A stretch of DNA of 63,510 nt, counting the filler, from Alloascoidea hylecoeti (lineage: Eukaryota), in the NCBI GenBank assembly GCA_001600815.1. It is 6 parts of 6 records of this genome, joined end to end, with 100 filler letters (N's around TTAATTAATTAA, not from the genome) between each part and the next. Parts side by side here need not be neighbours in the genome. Positions count along the whole stretch, not along the records: positions 30,091 to 47,798 come from BCKZ01000028.1; positions 47,899 to 62,264 come from BCKZ01000043.1; 4 more parts are not named here. One strand, written 5' to 3'. Every line of letters starts with the position of its first letter. The first letter of the stretch is position 1. Positions 46,670 through 58,270 of this stretch are shown one piece after another. The notes beneath the pieces were generated by a model. The model made no database searches. It was not told the DNA's origin and worked only from the letters and a program-made list of their open reading frames with translations. The position numbers and the translations under genes are program-made.

Positions 46670-47079
46670 ATGAGCTTAGAGATTTACATTAAACAACTAA
46701 ATGAGACTATGCAAGAATTGGTGAAGCTGAAGGAGAAGAAGGAACAAAATGATATCGACGCGGATGCGTCTGCATCGTCCCAACTCCGCGGAATGTCCAA
46801 ATTAACTTTGGAAAGAGATTCGTTTAAACCTTGGGATTTTGGATTTACTGGTGCTGTTCGTCGAATGGGATTAACTCGGTTCATCGACGAAAATGATGAT
46901 ACATTGTATCTGAAAGAAATGAGCCATGAAGAAGCTTGTAATCACAATGAAGTAATGAAATTGATTTTGGGATCTATCTCAAATGAAATAAAAGTCTACG
47001 TTGACACCACACAGGGTGTTTTATACGGCTACAAAAGACTAAAATCAGCTGTGATGAAATATATTCCCGTTACATCTAG
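46670..47079 (+). mobile_element. Copia-type gag, interrupted by LTR B at 47080
   Basis: LERDSFKPWDFGFTGAVRRMGLTRFID...ILGSISNEI resembles the copia gag N-terminal pattern. Confidence 0.65.
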
Positions 47080-47798
47080 TGTTTGATATCTGACATCTTT
47101 GAAACTTAGTTATTATCTGTTTATATTATTGTATATATATCTGTCCTGTCAAAACAAGTAGGAATGGCTAACTATATAGTAACTACTGCATATTGATCCT
47201 TGCTTAATATAGAATCCAACAAAACTTAATACCCAACACTCCTTCTTTACCTTATACATATCTATTTTATAAGGTAACCTTTTAGTTTATTAAATGTGTT
47301 TCCACTTACTGGTTTCGTAAGAATATCTGAATAGTTATCTTCAGTTGGCACTTTCTTGATAGATTTAAAGTGTTGATTCAAAAACAACCTGTTACGAATA
47401 TATTTTATTCTTGTATCAATGTGATAATTTCTTCTTTTAGATACTGGATTAGTTGCCCATTTAATTACCGTAGAATTGTCTTCCATGTAATCAATTTTTA
47501 TATCTTCACCATAGATAAACTTCAATAAATTCATTAATTTATCAATCATTTCACAAGCGTAGTCTAATGCTAGTAACTCTGATTCTGATGCAGACTTTGT
47601 GATAGCAGATTGCCTGCGGGATGCCCATCCTATAATGTTTCCATTAACCATTAAAATAACACCAGAAGTGCTTTTGCNACTGGAATCTCCCGATTTGTCC
47701 GAATCTACAAAAACTGTTACTTTATCTTCAATGTTATCTTTATTATAAGATAATACGATACCTTCCTTCTTGGTAGATAATAAATAACGAGTAACTTG
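47080..47798 (-). mobile_element. 3' end of Ty1/copia element: RT/RNase H (47262-47798), PPT (47239-47251), 159-bp LTR B (47080-47238)
   Basis: VFVDSD..KSTSG..IGWASRRQ..SASESEL..EDNS..HIDTR..NYSDILTKP, then GGTAAAGAAGGAG, then TGTTGG...CAAACA. Confidence 0.92.
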
Positions 47799-47898
47799 NN
47801 NNNNNNNNNNNNNNNNNNNNNNNNNNNNNNNNNNNNNNNNNNTTAATTAATTAANNNNNNNNNNNNNNNNNNNNNNNNNNNNNNNNNNNNNNNNNNNN
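47799..47898. other. Artificial contig spacer
   Basis: N44-TTAATTAATTAA-N44. Confidence 0.97.
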
Positions 47899-49066
47899 AA
47901 TATCAAAATCTAGGAGGTTTCCATAAACTTCCATGTACTCTTTAGGCCTACTTACTCTTTAATTTGAAAGGTGTTTTATACTTAAGAGATATTGGTTATA
48001 CGTAAGGCAATAAAAACATGGTTATAATGATAGTGTTTATTTGTCGTGTACGGTATCTTAGTGAAATATAAGTAACACAATATTTGATGCTATAGATAAA
48101 GATCTGAAAGATTGAAAATAAAATAATAAATAACTGAAACAGAAATGAAGAATTCTCTGAAATGTCTACTCTCGCGACTTTTCTATTTCTCCACTACAAT
48201 AGTAACTTGTAGATTAAGCTAAAGATTTCACTTGTATAGATCAAAAACTCGATATACTTAATTCTTTATTCAAAATTTACTACACATACGTTAACGGTAT
48301 ATCTCGGAAGATTTGTATGATTTCATCCGCCTTCGATGAATATGTACCTATTTTTTGCCGTACAATAGTTCTAATAGTTTTGATTCTAAGAAGAAGATTC
48401 AAGGGAGTATAGTATATTTGGAATGGAGAACTCACCATCATAACAGACAACTAGAAGAATCGTGATACTAGATATACCAGAATTCCTCATTTTTGGTTAA
48501 GTTATTGTTTATTGTATTTTCAACCCTTCTGAAATTCTTGATGGATATTGTATCAGAAGAATTCTAATATAGGGTTTGTTTCCTACTACAAAGAGAGTAA
48601 GATCTAGAACTATAGCTTTAGTTTGGTGGGAACTCGATTTTCTGTGCCTTGCTTCACTTATCACACATACACATCATATCTCAGGAAGAATAACAAATTC
48701 CTAACTAATTATTCCTTCGGAACTAGTCGGGTACGTAATGATATTCTTTGAAACTATAAGCATTTTTAACAATACAATGTTTAAATTGATAATAATTACA
48801 TGCACCGTGTAAATGCCAAACTTGATCAGGTTAATTTCGATTAAGCACACCAAGGCAGTGTAGGCAACCATAGTACACAATAATACACGCCGTGTTATCG
48901 GACTCCACTTACTAACTACAGGTAACTAGAAATATACGTGAATTGTTTAGCTATAGGAAGTGAAGAATATCAACAACATCTGATATTCTCGTTTTGGCTG
49001 TGCTTAGTTATTAATTTATCAGGTATTTAAGCTTATCCTTCGTTTCTTTTGCACATTCTATAAGAA

Positions 49067-51448
49067 TTATATTCTTTCACCATCATTAGTTTCTCTATTT
49101 TCTTCTTCTTCACAGCTTCCATCCCGATCATCATATACATTATTATTAACTTCTTGAGATATATTATTCCCATGAACATTCTTATTTTCCGTTTCACTTG
49201 TAGTTTTCAATGCAGAATCCTTTTCTTCTGTGTCATCAGATACATCATTAGTTAAACATGGATCGATCAGATCATCCTCTTTCCCTCCTTCATTATGACC
49301 ATCAATATTAATACTATTAGAACTGTCATCTTTGTTAGTATCATCATTACCCTTATATATATCTATAAGGTCCTTAAGTTTAGAATGATCTATTTCATCA
49401 ACTTCATCATCTTCATCAACTTCATCATCTTCATCATCTATACATACATTATATTTTTCATTTAATACATTTTTTAATTCTTTAATTTTATCCTTTAATG
49501 ATTTAATATAAATAATTGATAATTCAACAGTACTTGCTTTTGAAAAAACTAAATTATGTTCTGTATACATATTTTTTGGTATTAATAATCCTAAATTACT
49601 TAAAGCAGTATTCATTCTTTGTCTTCTACCTTGTTCTGCAATTTTATGACTTGTTTTTTTTGTTAAATCATCAAAATCATTTGAATTATCATATGAATTA
49701 TTATTATCTTGAAATTTTATTGATGATGATGACTCTGATTGTTGATAAATTTGAGATTGAGAGTCTAAATTATTTGTTTTTTCCCGATCTAATAATTGAT
49801 AGATTTCAGTATTATTATTATTATTTAATAATAATGATACTTCATTGATTTGTTTTTTCTTATAATTAGTTGTATTGTCTTTATTGTTATTATTATAGTC
49901 AATTGAAAAATTCACGTTTACAAACGAATTAGAATTGGAATTTTGCCCTGAGAAAGGTTCTTTTACTCTTGGGGCAATTGATATAGAATGTGATGAATTC
50001 AAACCACTAGAATTTGAGTTTGAATTATCTTCATTATTATTATTTCTTTTAATTGAGCATTTGTTTTTTTGCCTGATTAAACTCATAAGTGTTGCTGGTG
50101 TAGCAGGTGTTGATGGAATCGGTGTGATTGTATTAGAAGAAGATTCATACACTGAAGATGAGGAGGAGGATGATGCTGATGATGAAGCGGAAGAGACTGC
50201 TGAACTTGGTGGTGCCATGTCTGATGACTCTGTATAAGTAGGACTTGTAAATGAAATAACAGATGAGCCTACACTTCTATTATATCTTGGTTGTTTAACA
50301 ATTCTTGAACTAGAATTACAATTTGATGAATTACTTGAAATGGACATTGGGCCATATGGATTTGTAACGCCAGCATTTGGTATAATACAAAGGCCTGTTG
50401 AAGATTTCCTTCTACTTGCACTCCATTTAGATGATCTTCTTATTTTAGTAGATGTAGTACTCGTTGAACCATTGGAACTACTCCCACTGGATATTTCAGG
50501 TTCAGTATCATAAATTGAGCGTCTTTTATTTGCACCATAATTATTATTAATAAAATTATTTGAATCAGGGTTACCAGTACTAACAGATTCTAATCTTAAA
50601 GTTTCACACTGTGATATGTTAGATGATGAATATGATTGATGGCCTTGGATACAGGTATATGATGGATTTCTAGCAGTTAATGCTGGAGATGTCAAGGGAC
50701 TAAATGATTGTGATGAAGTATTATTTAAGTGAAAAGACGTTTCTAATGGGGTAATTGCAGGAGAAATCAAAGGTGTGAATACCAAATCTGGCCTTATACC
50801 ACTTGCATTAGGATCCATTCCTGGAGATTGAAATAATGATGACACAGATCCCGACGTGAGATCATGGGAATTAGGAGTAGGTGGAATATACTCATGAGAT
50901 GTTGTAACTGATTGGTGATAATGAATACTGTTATTAATACTGCTCCTTCTAGGTAAAACAGGGGCCTGGGGATCAGTTTTATGTCTAATTTTTTGATAAT
51001 CGATATCAGAAGTAGGACTAAGTTTCCAGGTACTATTGTTATTCATTTGTGATTGTGTATGATACTTTGTTGTACCTGATCTTGAAGCCACTCTAGGGGG
51101 TTGCTCATGTCTAGATCTACGATCAGATCCAGACTCAGATTCAACAAGATTACCATGATTATTATTTTCAGGCTCAAATGTCTCAAGTCGATCAAGAGCA
51201 TCATTAACATTCATATTAATATTGATGCTATCAAGATCCTCTAAGTTTTCGATATCTTGTGCTATTTTAGCCAATTGTTCTTCATCCATGAAATGATCTT
51301 CTAAATCGGGTTCCTGACCAGGGTGACTGATATTACTGCTCTGAGCAGTACTTAAAGCCGTGTTATAATGAGCGTCCACATCCACGGCTGAAATATCCTG
51401 CATGAGATCCTGATCGAGAGAAAAGTCCCATTCAGTAGGAAAATCCAT
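49067..51448 (-). CDS. PHO4: bHLH phosphate-response transcription factor (Pho4/Nuc-1/PalcA-like)
   Basis: KKTSHKIAEQGRRQRMNTALSNL..SKASTVE bHLH, with Nuc-1-like FTPLISPAITP and FSPLTSPAL. First ATG is at 51448. Confidence 0.85.
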   Translation of the reverse strand: MDFPTEWDFSLDQDLMQDISAVDVDAHYNTALSTAQSSNISHPGQEPDLEDHFMDEEQLAKIAQDIENLEDLDSININMNVNDALDRLETFEPENNNHGNLVESESGSDRRSRHEQPPRVASRSGTTKYHTQSQMNNNSTWKLSPTSDIDYQKIRHKTDPQAPVLPRRSSINNSIHYHQSVTTSHEYIPPTPNSHDLTSGSVSSLFQSPGMDPNASGIRPDLVFTPLISPAITPLETSFHLNNTSSQSFSPLTSPALTARNPSYTCIQGHQSYSSSNISQCETLRLESVSTGNPDSNNFINNNYGANKRRSIYDTEPEISSGSSSNGSTSTTSTKIRRSSKWSASRRKSSTGLCIIPNAGVTNPYGPMSISSNSSNCNSSSRIVKQPRYNRSVGSSVISFTSPTYTESSDMAPPSSAVSSASSSASSSSSSSVYESSSNTITPIPSTPATPATLMSLIRQKNKCSIKRNNNNEDNSNSNSSGLNSSHSISIAPRVKEPFSGQNSNSNSFVNVNFSIDYNNNNKDNTTNYKKKQINEVSLLLNNNNNTEIYQLLDREKTNNLDSQSQIYQQSESSSSIKFQDNNNSYDNSNDFDDLTKKTSHKIAEQGRRQRMNTALSNLGLLIPKNMYTEHNLVFSKASTVELSIIYIKSLKDKIKELKNVLNEKYNVCIDDEDDEVDEDDEVDEIDHSKLKDLIDIYKGNDDTNKDDSSNSINIDGHNEGGKEDDLIDPCLTNDVSDDTEEKDSALKTTSETENKNVHGNNISQEVNNNVYDDRDGSCEEEENRETNDGERI

Positions 51449-51748
51449 TTTTTGAAGTATTTCTCGTGTGAGGGCAACTAGAAAAGGGGGACAAATCAAG
51501 TCATTTCAGTATCCAGAAACTTTTCAATACATGATAAAGACTTAATTATGCTTTATTGCAGCTGAAGGCAAATAGTCAAAAAGCGTGCGCTCCATCTCGT
51601 TTTTTGTTGGTTGTTGTTGTACAGCAAGATGCATGCTTAGTCTATGCTGACTCAGCGGAGTTTAAGGGTCCGGAAGTTCAAGGTGGAACCCCCCGGGAGT
51701 TCTTAACCTTCAAGAAACCCTTTTTGGTGCTATGGCTTAATAACAATA

Positions 51749-52399
51749 ATGAATACGGAACCTACAAATCTCACCCCTGAAAAATCTCAATCATCTCCTA
51801 ACTCCAATAATAACAAAAATAAGAGATTTGCTATATTTCAATGTGGAAAATGTTATAAAACCTTTGGTAATTCAAAATCATGGTCATCGTCAAACATATA
51901 TTTACAAGCTTTTATTTTAAATACAGTTGAAGAAAAAAGCATCACTAAAGGTACACGATTAAGAACATCATCAAAAGGTCCTGATTATGGTTCTGCTTAT
52001 TATGATTTAATTTGTTCAAATTGTTCAAGTGTTATTGGACGATGGTATAAAACAACATCACCAAGTTTTGATAATGCAAGGGAAACTTATACTATTTATA
52101 TACATCGAACATCAACTTATTTTGTTGGATTAAATAAAAAAGGTGTAACATGGTCATCTGAATATGAAGTGCCTATTTTACATCCATCAAGTGAAGAAAT
52201 TGGTAAAAGGATTTCTCAATTAGAAGCTTTAACTCTTGTTATGGCAAATAAAACTCAAAATATTGGAAAAGTTGCTCAATCATTGTCTATTAATTTACAA
52301 AAAGGAATGAATTCTACTGTTTCTAAAGTGATTGATAAGAAAGTTGAATCAATTAATAAAGATATTATTGAGATTAAAGAAGGTATTAGAACCAAATAA
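51749..52399 (+). CDS. Mis18-like (Yippee/Mis18 Zn fold) centromere-licensing protein
   Basis: IFQCGKC..FGNSKSW ... YYDLICSNCSSVIGRWYKTTS..FDNARETYT..STYFVG, followed by a C-terminal helix. Resembles fission-yeast Mis18 more than yippee/Moh1. Confidence 0.75.
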   Translation: MNTEPTNLTPEKSQSSPNSNNNKNKRFAIFQCGKCYKTFGNSKSWSSSNIYLQAFILNTVEEKSITKGTRLRTSSKGPDYGSAYYDLICSNCSSVIGRWYKTTSPSFDNARETYTIYIHRTSTYFVGLNKKGVTWSSEYEVPILHPSSEEIGKRISQLEALTLVMANKTQNIGKVAQSLSINLQKGMNSTVSKVIDKKVESINKDIIEIKEGIRTK

Positions 52400-52440
52400 A
52401 ATAAAATAAAATAAAATGTATAAATAATGTATGATTCATC

Positions 52441-53554
52441 TTAATGTCTTCGTTTTTTCTTACCCGTAGGGCCATTAGAACTAGTATATTTATCAATTTC
52501 TCTTTGACTAATAACTAAACCACGATTAGTACTCTTACCAACAGATTGAATTTTTAAACCTCTTTCTCTAAATTTATTCTTTAAATTCTTTTTACCAGTA
52601 TCTTGACTTCTTATACTACCATCCAAATGATAAATTTCATTCTTTCTCTTTTTTGATAAAATAATTCCACCTTCTTTTGCTTCTTTTTCATATTTAATTG
52701 ATAAGTTTTTTCGGTGTTCAATTATACCTTTTCTTTTATCCATTGACATTTTTTCATTTTTTAAATCTTTACCACCAATTGATTTAATTCTATTTCTAAT
52801 TACATTTTGTCTTAATTTACCAATTGGATCTTCATAATCTATTGTATTTAATAATTCTGTACCTGAATAATCCATTGATTCTGATAAAATATGTGATTCT
52901 TCTAATAATCTTTGTAAAGCAAGATCATTCTCGAGATTTTCTTCATCATCTTTTTCTTTTGGTGATGAATCTTTTTCTGTATTGTTTAAATCTAAATCTT
53001 CTAATACTGGTGTCTTAGAACCCTATATATTAAAAATTGTTAATTTCACATTAAATAAACATGTGTAGCAAGAGAATTTATCATACCAATAATAATTTTT
53101 TTTGTCTATTTGTGATTATTTCTGGTTCATATTTTTTTTCAGTAAATTGGACAACTACTGGTTGATCCTCTATTTCATCATCAAACCCTTTAAATTCAAC
53201 ATCATTTTCTTTTTCTTTCTCAATATTAATTTTTTCCTTTTTAACTTTTTTGGTATTTTTCTTTGATCCAAATTTACCATATTGAGACTCAAAATGTTTT
53301 TTAAATATATCATTAATAGAATTATTATCCTTATTATTATTCTCTGTTATTCGTATATCATCACTAGTTTCTTTTTCTTTCTTTTGTTTAATTTTTGTTG
53401 ATGTTGTTTTATTTTTTATTTTTGAAGATGATTTTTTATTTAATCCTTTATTATTTATTTGACTTTTGGAATTTTGCTTTAATCGTAATATCGTAGCTTC
53501 TAAGTCTTTATCAAGACTACTAGTTTTATCCTTTTTTAGTTTTGATGTAACCAT
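52441..53554 (-). CDS. FAF1: Faf1-like pre-rRNA processing protein; intron 53023-53086
   Basis: FKKHFESQYG in exon 1, spliced (GTATGA..TAG) to LENDLALQRLLEESHILS, EAKEGGIILS and RERGLKIQSVGK. Confidence 0.8.
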
Positions 53555-53814
53555 TATTTTGTCTATGTGATGTGAAAAGAGTTTACAGAAAAGTGAAAAT
53601 ATTCTCCGATGGCAGTTATGCACAATTCAAAATTGCAAGACAACTTAATTTCGTCATATGGAACAACATTATTAGTTAAATGTAGGTACATATTTTCGAA
53701 AATATTTAGTATTACTTATTTCTTACTAAGCATAAAACCACGTGTATAAAGATTTATGGCATATTCTACCAGAATTATTCACATCGATTACAACTGGAAT
53801 CTTGAAAAAACAGT

Positions 53815-54660
53815 ATGACAAAATTTAGAGGCTGTATTGATATACACAATGGACAGGTAAAGCAAATTGTCGGTGGTACACTATCAGATAAAGATGATGT
53901 ATCATCAATTAACAAACAAGGTGAAGATCCTTCGAAACCTTCAGATCATGATCAACTGAAAACCAATTATGTTTCAAATTATCCATCATCATACTATGCT
54001 AATTTATACAAAGAAAATGAAATATTTGGAACCCACGTAATTAAATTAGGTGGTGGTAATGAAGAATCAGCATTAATTGCGCTAGAAAGTTGGCCTAATT
54101 TTTTACAAATTGGTGGCGGTATAAATATCAATAATGCTGAAGAATGGATTAAAAAAGGTGCACAAAAAGTTATAATTACTTCTTGGTTATTTCCAAATGG
54201 ACTATTTAAAATTGAAAGATTAAAAGAATTAGAATTAAAAATTGGGAAAGATAAAATTGTTATTGATTTAAGTTGTCGAAAAAGAAAAATAAATAATGAA
54301 AATGATTATGAATGGATAGTTGCAATGAATAAATGGCAAGATTTGACAGATACAAAATTAGATTTAAAAACATTAACATTAATTGGAAATTATTGTAGTG
54401 AATTTTTAATACATGCTGCTGATGTTGAAGGATTATGTCAAGGGATTGATTCAGATTTAGTTGGAAAATTAGGTGAATGGGGAAACATTATAAATATACC
54501 AATTACTTATGCTGGTGGAGCAAAAAGTTTAGAGGATTTAAAAACTGTTGATAAATTAAGTAATGGGAAAGTTGATTTAACATTTGGTAGTGCTTTAGAT
54601 ATATTTGGAGGTAAACTTGTAAAATTTAACGATTGCGTTGAATGGAATAAAAATCATTAA
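53815..54660 (+). CDS. HIS6: ProFAR isomerase
   Basis: [62 protein letters not shown]. Confidence 0.97.
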   Translation: MTKFRGCIDIHNGQVKQIVGGTLSDKDDVSSINKQGEDPSKPSDHDQLKTNYVSNYPSSYYANLYKENEIFGTHVIKLGGGNEESALIALESWPNFLQIGGGININNAEEWIKKGAQKVIITSWLFPNGLFKIERLKELELKIGKDKIVIDLSCRKRKINNENDYEWIVAMNKWQDLTDTKLDLKTLTLIGNYCSEFLIHAADVEGLCQGIDSDLVGKLGEWGNIINIPITYAGGAKSLEDLKTVDKLSNGKVDLTFGSALDIFGGKLVKFNDCVEWNKNH

Positions 54661-54809
54661 TATTAATATTAATATCAATACTAAATATAAATAAAATAGT
54701 ATTAAATATTAATGTTTTAAATTTTTGTGTTACGGTATAATTTAAGATCGATGGAGGTTGAAAACAAGCCACACTCAAATTTAAATAATATTCTAAAATC
54801 ATCATCATC

Positions 54810-55280
54810 ATGTTATCAACGCCGCCAGATCCTCCACATACACCACGAGTATATGACATTGATATCGATGAAGATTCATCAGATTGTTCTTCATGTTATC
54901 ATCCTTCATGTAATAATATTCAAAAACCACAAATCAATATTCCTGATCTAAGATTTTCAAATTCTTATATAAAAGCTGTTCAACTACACGCAAATTCTAT
55001 AGCTATTGCAAAACAAAAGAAATATCAAAACAGTACCAACATTGAAGATGAAAGTAAACTTACAATTGATGAATTTGGAAATGGACCTATTACTTTCTAC
55101 TCGGTTTTGGTAGTTACTTTAAGAGATCAAATCATGATGCCTTTTTTACAAGGGTTTTTTTGGGCTGGTACACTATTAGCTATAGGACCAGTTTTAAGAG
55201 CAGTTGTTAGAAATGGAATAAGAACAGGTACACATTTGAGGAATTTCATTGGTCTTGGAAGATATCGTGTACATGGGTGA
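54810..55280 (+). CDS. Fungal DUF1770-like small membrane protein
   Basis: IPDLRFSNSY and TLRDQIMMPFLQGFFW motifs. Confidence 0.65.
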   Translation: MLSTPPDPPHTPRVYDIDIDEDSSDCSSCYHPSCNNIQKPQINIPDLRFSNSYIKAVQLHANSIAIAKQKKYQNSTNIEDESKLTIDEFGNGPITFYSVLVVTLRDQIMMPFLQGFFWAGTLLAIGPVLRAVVRNGIRTGTHLRNFIGLGRYRVHG

Positions 55281-55548
55281 GTAAATTTTGAAATATTACT
55301 ATCAAACAACAACAACAAAAGACAATAAGAAAACAGAGAGCTATAGTTTCAATTACCAAGGCTATAGCTATTACTTATAATAATAATCTATCATATAATA
55401 TATATAATATACTTAACATGGCATTTAATGTTCCTTCTTGAATGGTGAATATAATTATAGCAATAATCGTGTTATGCGGTTGTTGTTACACTTATGCCCC
55501 TTTGTAGAGTGAGTTCTTCATATTCATTCTTATATAAATAAATAAAAA

Positions 55549-56167
55549 ATGACTTCAATGATGCCTTTTCGAGCGACGGATTTATTAGATCTAAATCCAG
55601 TCAATTTAGATGTTTTAACTGAAAATTTTACTCTTAGTTTTTATCTTGATTATTTAACTCAATGGCCTTCATTATTTTTCAAATCAGTTAGTCCTGATGG
55701 TATTTGTTCTGGTTATAGTGAGTATATAAATAATATAGCCCATTAGAATTACTTTTTCCTAACTGTATTATTTAGTGATGGGTAAAACTGAAGGAATAGG
55801 AATGGATTGGCATGCTCATATAACAGCAGTAACAGTTGCACCAAGTTATAGAAGATTAGGTCTTGCCACAGAATTATGTCAACATTTACAACATGTTACT
55901 GAATCATCACCACATAATGCATATTTTATTGATCTTTTTGTAAGATCTTCTAATTCATTAGCAATTAATCTATATAAAAATATGGGTTATAGTGTATTTA
56001 GAAGAGTTGTTGGCTATTATGGTAATGGAGATCCATCGACTAAAACCAAAAATAGTGAAGAGGATGCTTTTGATATGAGGAAAAGTTTGACTAGAGATGT
56101 TAACAATGAATGTATAAGGGAAAATGGAGAAAATTTTAGAGTTTCACCTCAAGATTGTGTATTCTAA
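55549..56167 (+). CDS. NAT3: NatB catalytic subunit (NAA20); intron 55718-55775
   Basis: VNLDVLTENF, YMMGKTEG across the GTGAGT..CTAAC..TAG splice, WHAHITAVTV, FIDLFVRSSN, EDAFDMRK. Confidence 0.96.
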
Positions 56168-56424
56168 TAAATATGAATTTAAATATAAATATAAAAATAA
56201 AAAATATGATATACCAATCATTTCACTAGTATCTACTTGCCGATAATTCATATTCAGCATGGCCTAACATTTGTGCATGTGTTCTACGAATATATAGCTT
56301 GGAATATGACCGAATATTTAATCTTTCCTGTGGCCTAAAGTAAGTGAAATAGAGATAAAACACGTGACCAATATACACCTGGCAGAAATGAAAAGTTCAG
56401 TGATAGAATCCACCAAAATACAAA

Positions 56425-57033
56425 ATGACTTCACAACTTTCATTACCTTTAGAATATAATCCATCATCAAAGCTACTTAATGTTATCCCTGGTGTTGAAG
56501 ATAAAGAACTACGACAGGATGTTATATTTCAAAATCAGTTAACAAAAGAACTTGTTGGAATCAGTCAAGATGTTCCACCAGCAGTAGCACCTGGTCCAAA
56601 AGCAATATCACCACAGTTAAGTATGATGGTTAAAAAATTAAGAGATGCAGCAGCAGCTTCTTTTAGAGCTCAGAAATATTCAGATGCTGAAAAGCAATTT
56701 TCATTAGCTTTGGAAATGGCAACAAGACGTAATAAATGGGAACCATTTGCATTTTCGTTACAAGAATTATCATCATTATTAATAGCAAGAAGTGAAGTAT
56801 TTTTCATTGAAAATAAATGGTTAGAATGCTTTACAGATACTGATTTACTTATTCAAACACAACAAGTTAATGCTGAATTATTTTATAGAAGAGGTTATAG
56901 TGCAATGAAATTGGGTAAATTGGATGTTGCAAAAGCTGATTTTGAAAGAGGTTTAGCTTTTGATGTTGCAAATGAAAATTGTAAAAGATCTTTAGAAGAA
57001 GTTGATTTATTAATTGAAGAAGAGAATTCTTGA
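56425..57033 (+). CDS. SEC72: Sec63-complex TPR subunit
   Basis: LPLEYNPSSK, VPP..SPQLSMMVKKLRD, ALEMATRRNKWEPF, TPR-like C-terminus (FYRRG..AKADFERGL). Confidence 0.85.
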   Translation: MTSQLSLPLEYNPSSKLLNVIPGVEDKELRQDVIFQNQLTKELVGISQDVPPAVAPGPKAISPQLSMMVKKLRDAAAASFRAQKYSDAEKQFSLALEMATRRNKWEPFAFSLQELSSLLIARSEVFFIENKWLECFTDTDLLIQTQQVNAELFYRRGYSAMKLGKLDVAKADFERGLAFDVANENCKRSLEEVDLLIEEENS

Positions 57034-57209
57034 ATTTTGTTTTAATTCTTAAGTTTAAATGTTTCAATTAATAATTAATATAACTTAGACTTATATGTAG
57101 TATTATTGAATTCAAATCAAGGTGATTCTTAAGAATCCATATTAATGCTAAATGTTTAATAAATATAGATCAGTGTTGAAATCGATGCTATTTAATGCTA
57201 TTTACTGAT

Positions 57210-57956
57210 TTAATGATGCCCATGAACTTCAGCTCCTTGGGCTCCATGGGCTCCATGGGCTCCATGGGCTCCATGCCCAACTGCTTTACCACCACCATGA
57301 GCATTTGTAGAATCATGACCAGGGGGCATTAAGCCTTCATTACAAGGAGATGGAGGAGGACCTCTTAATGGTTTATGAATAACTTTCCCAACATACCAAT
57401 ATTTGTGACTATTTTCAAAAAATCTTTGCCATCCTTTAATTTCTTGTTTTGCTTTATAAACATCAGGTAAACCCCTTAAATCATGAGTCCATTCGTCCTC
57501 TTTTCTTAAACAACCAGTTGAAAAAGCTCTAGCGGCATCACGACCAGCAAATTGATGATATGCACCACCTGGTCCATAAGTATAAGGATTTTCAGAAACA
57601 TCATAAACATTTCCTAATAATGCTAAATAAATTGGTAAATCTGGATTTGAACCATCATATTTACTTAATTCCTCATCAGTTATTTCAATTTCTTTAAAAG
57701 TTAATCTAAATTTAACATATCTTGTATTTAACCATTTACTTTCAATTCCCCATGTCCACGTTGAGGTTATAAAATATGATAATACAAGATTCATAATGAT
57801 TAAACCAGAAAGAAAACGAAGTACATCAAGAACTGAAAAAGTAATCTTATCTTCAGATTTTTGAGTTGTTCTTTTCGATGATTGTGGTGCTTGATTCCCA
57901 ACTACAGACTCACCCACCTTAGTAGGATTTCTTTCCCTCAGTTCACTAGTTGACAT
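57210..57956 (-). CDS. Membrane-anchored cytochrome b5-like heme/steroid-binding (MAPR-family) protein
   Basis: TM segment, then ELSKYDGSNPDLPIYLALLGNVYDVS..YGPGGAYHQFAGRDAARAFSTG. C-terminal (HGA)n from 9-bp repeats. Confidence 0.9.
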   Translation of the reverse strand: MSTSELRERNPTKVGESVVGNQAPQSSKRTTQKSEDKITFSVLDVLRFLSGLIIMNLVLSYFITSTWTWGIESKWLNTRYVKFRLTFKEIEITDEELSKYDGSNPDLPIYLALLGNVYDVSENPYTYGPGGAYHQFAGRDAARAFSTGCLRKEDEWTHDLRGLPDVYKAKQEIKGWQRFFENSHKYWYVGKVIHKPLRGPPPSPCNEGLMPPGHDSTNAHGGGKAVGHGAHGAHGAHGAQGAEVHGHH

Positions 57957-58270
57957 TTAATTGAATGAAGTTTCATCACTTCATAAAAAACACTTTATAA
58001 AAGGAGTGACTACACGTGATTCACATCACCTGTTTTTAGGCTATTTAATAATAATAATCAATATCAATGCTGAGCCGATGAGTTGTGAAGATATTTATTA
58101 TAATTGAATCTAGAATATTCAGATTACTGGATTCTTTTTATCACTTAAAATTTATATAAACCAGCAAGTTGAGGATATATATTGTAGTTGTTCAAACTAG
58201 TTATTGATTATGTAATTATGGACAAATCCCATAATAATCTGTGTTAGATCACTTTTAAATTTACTTTAAA

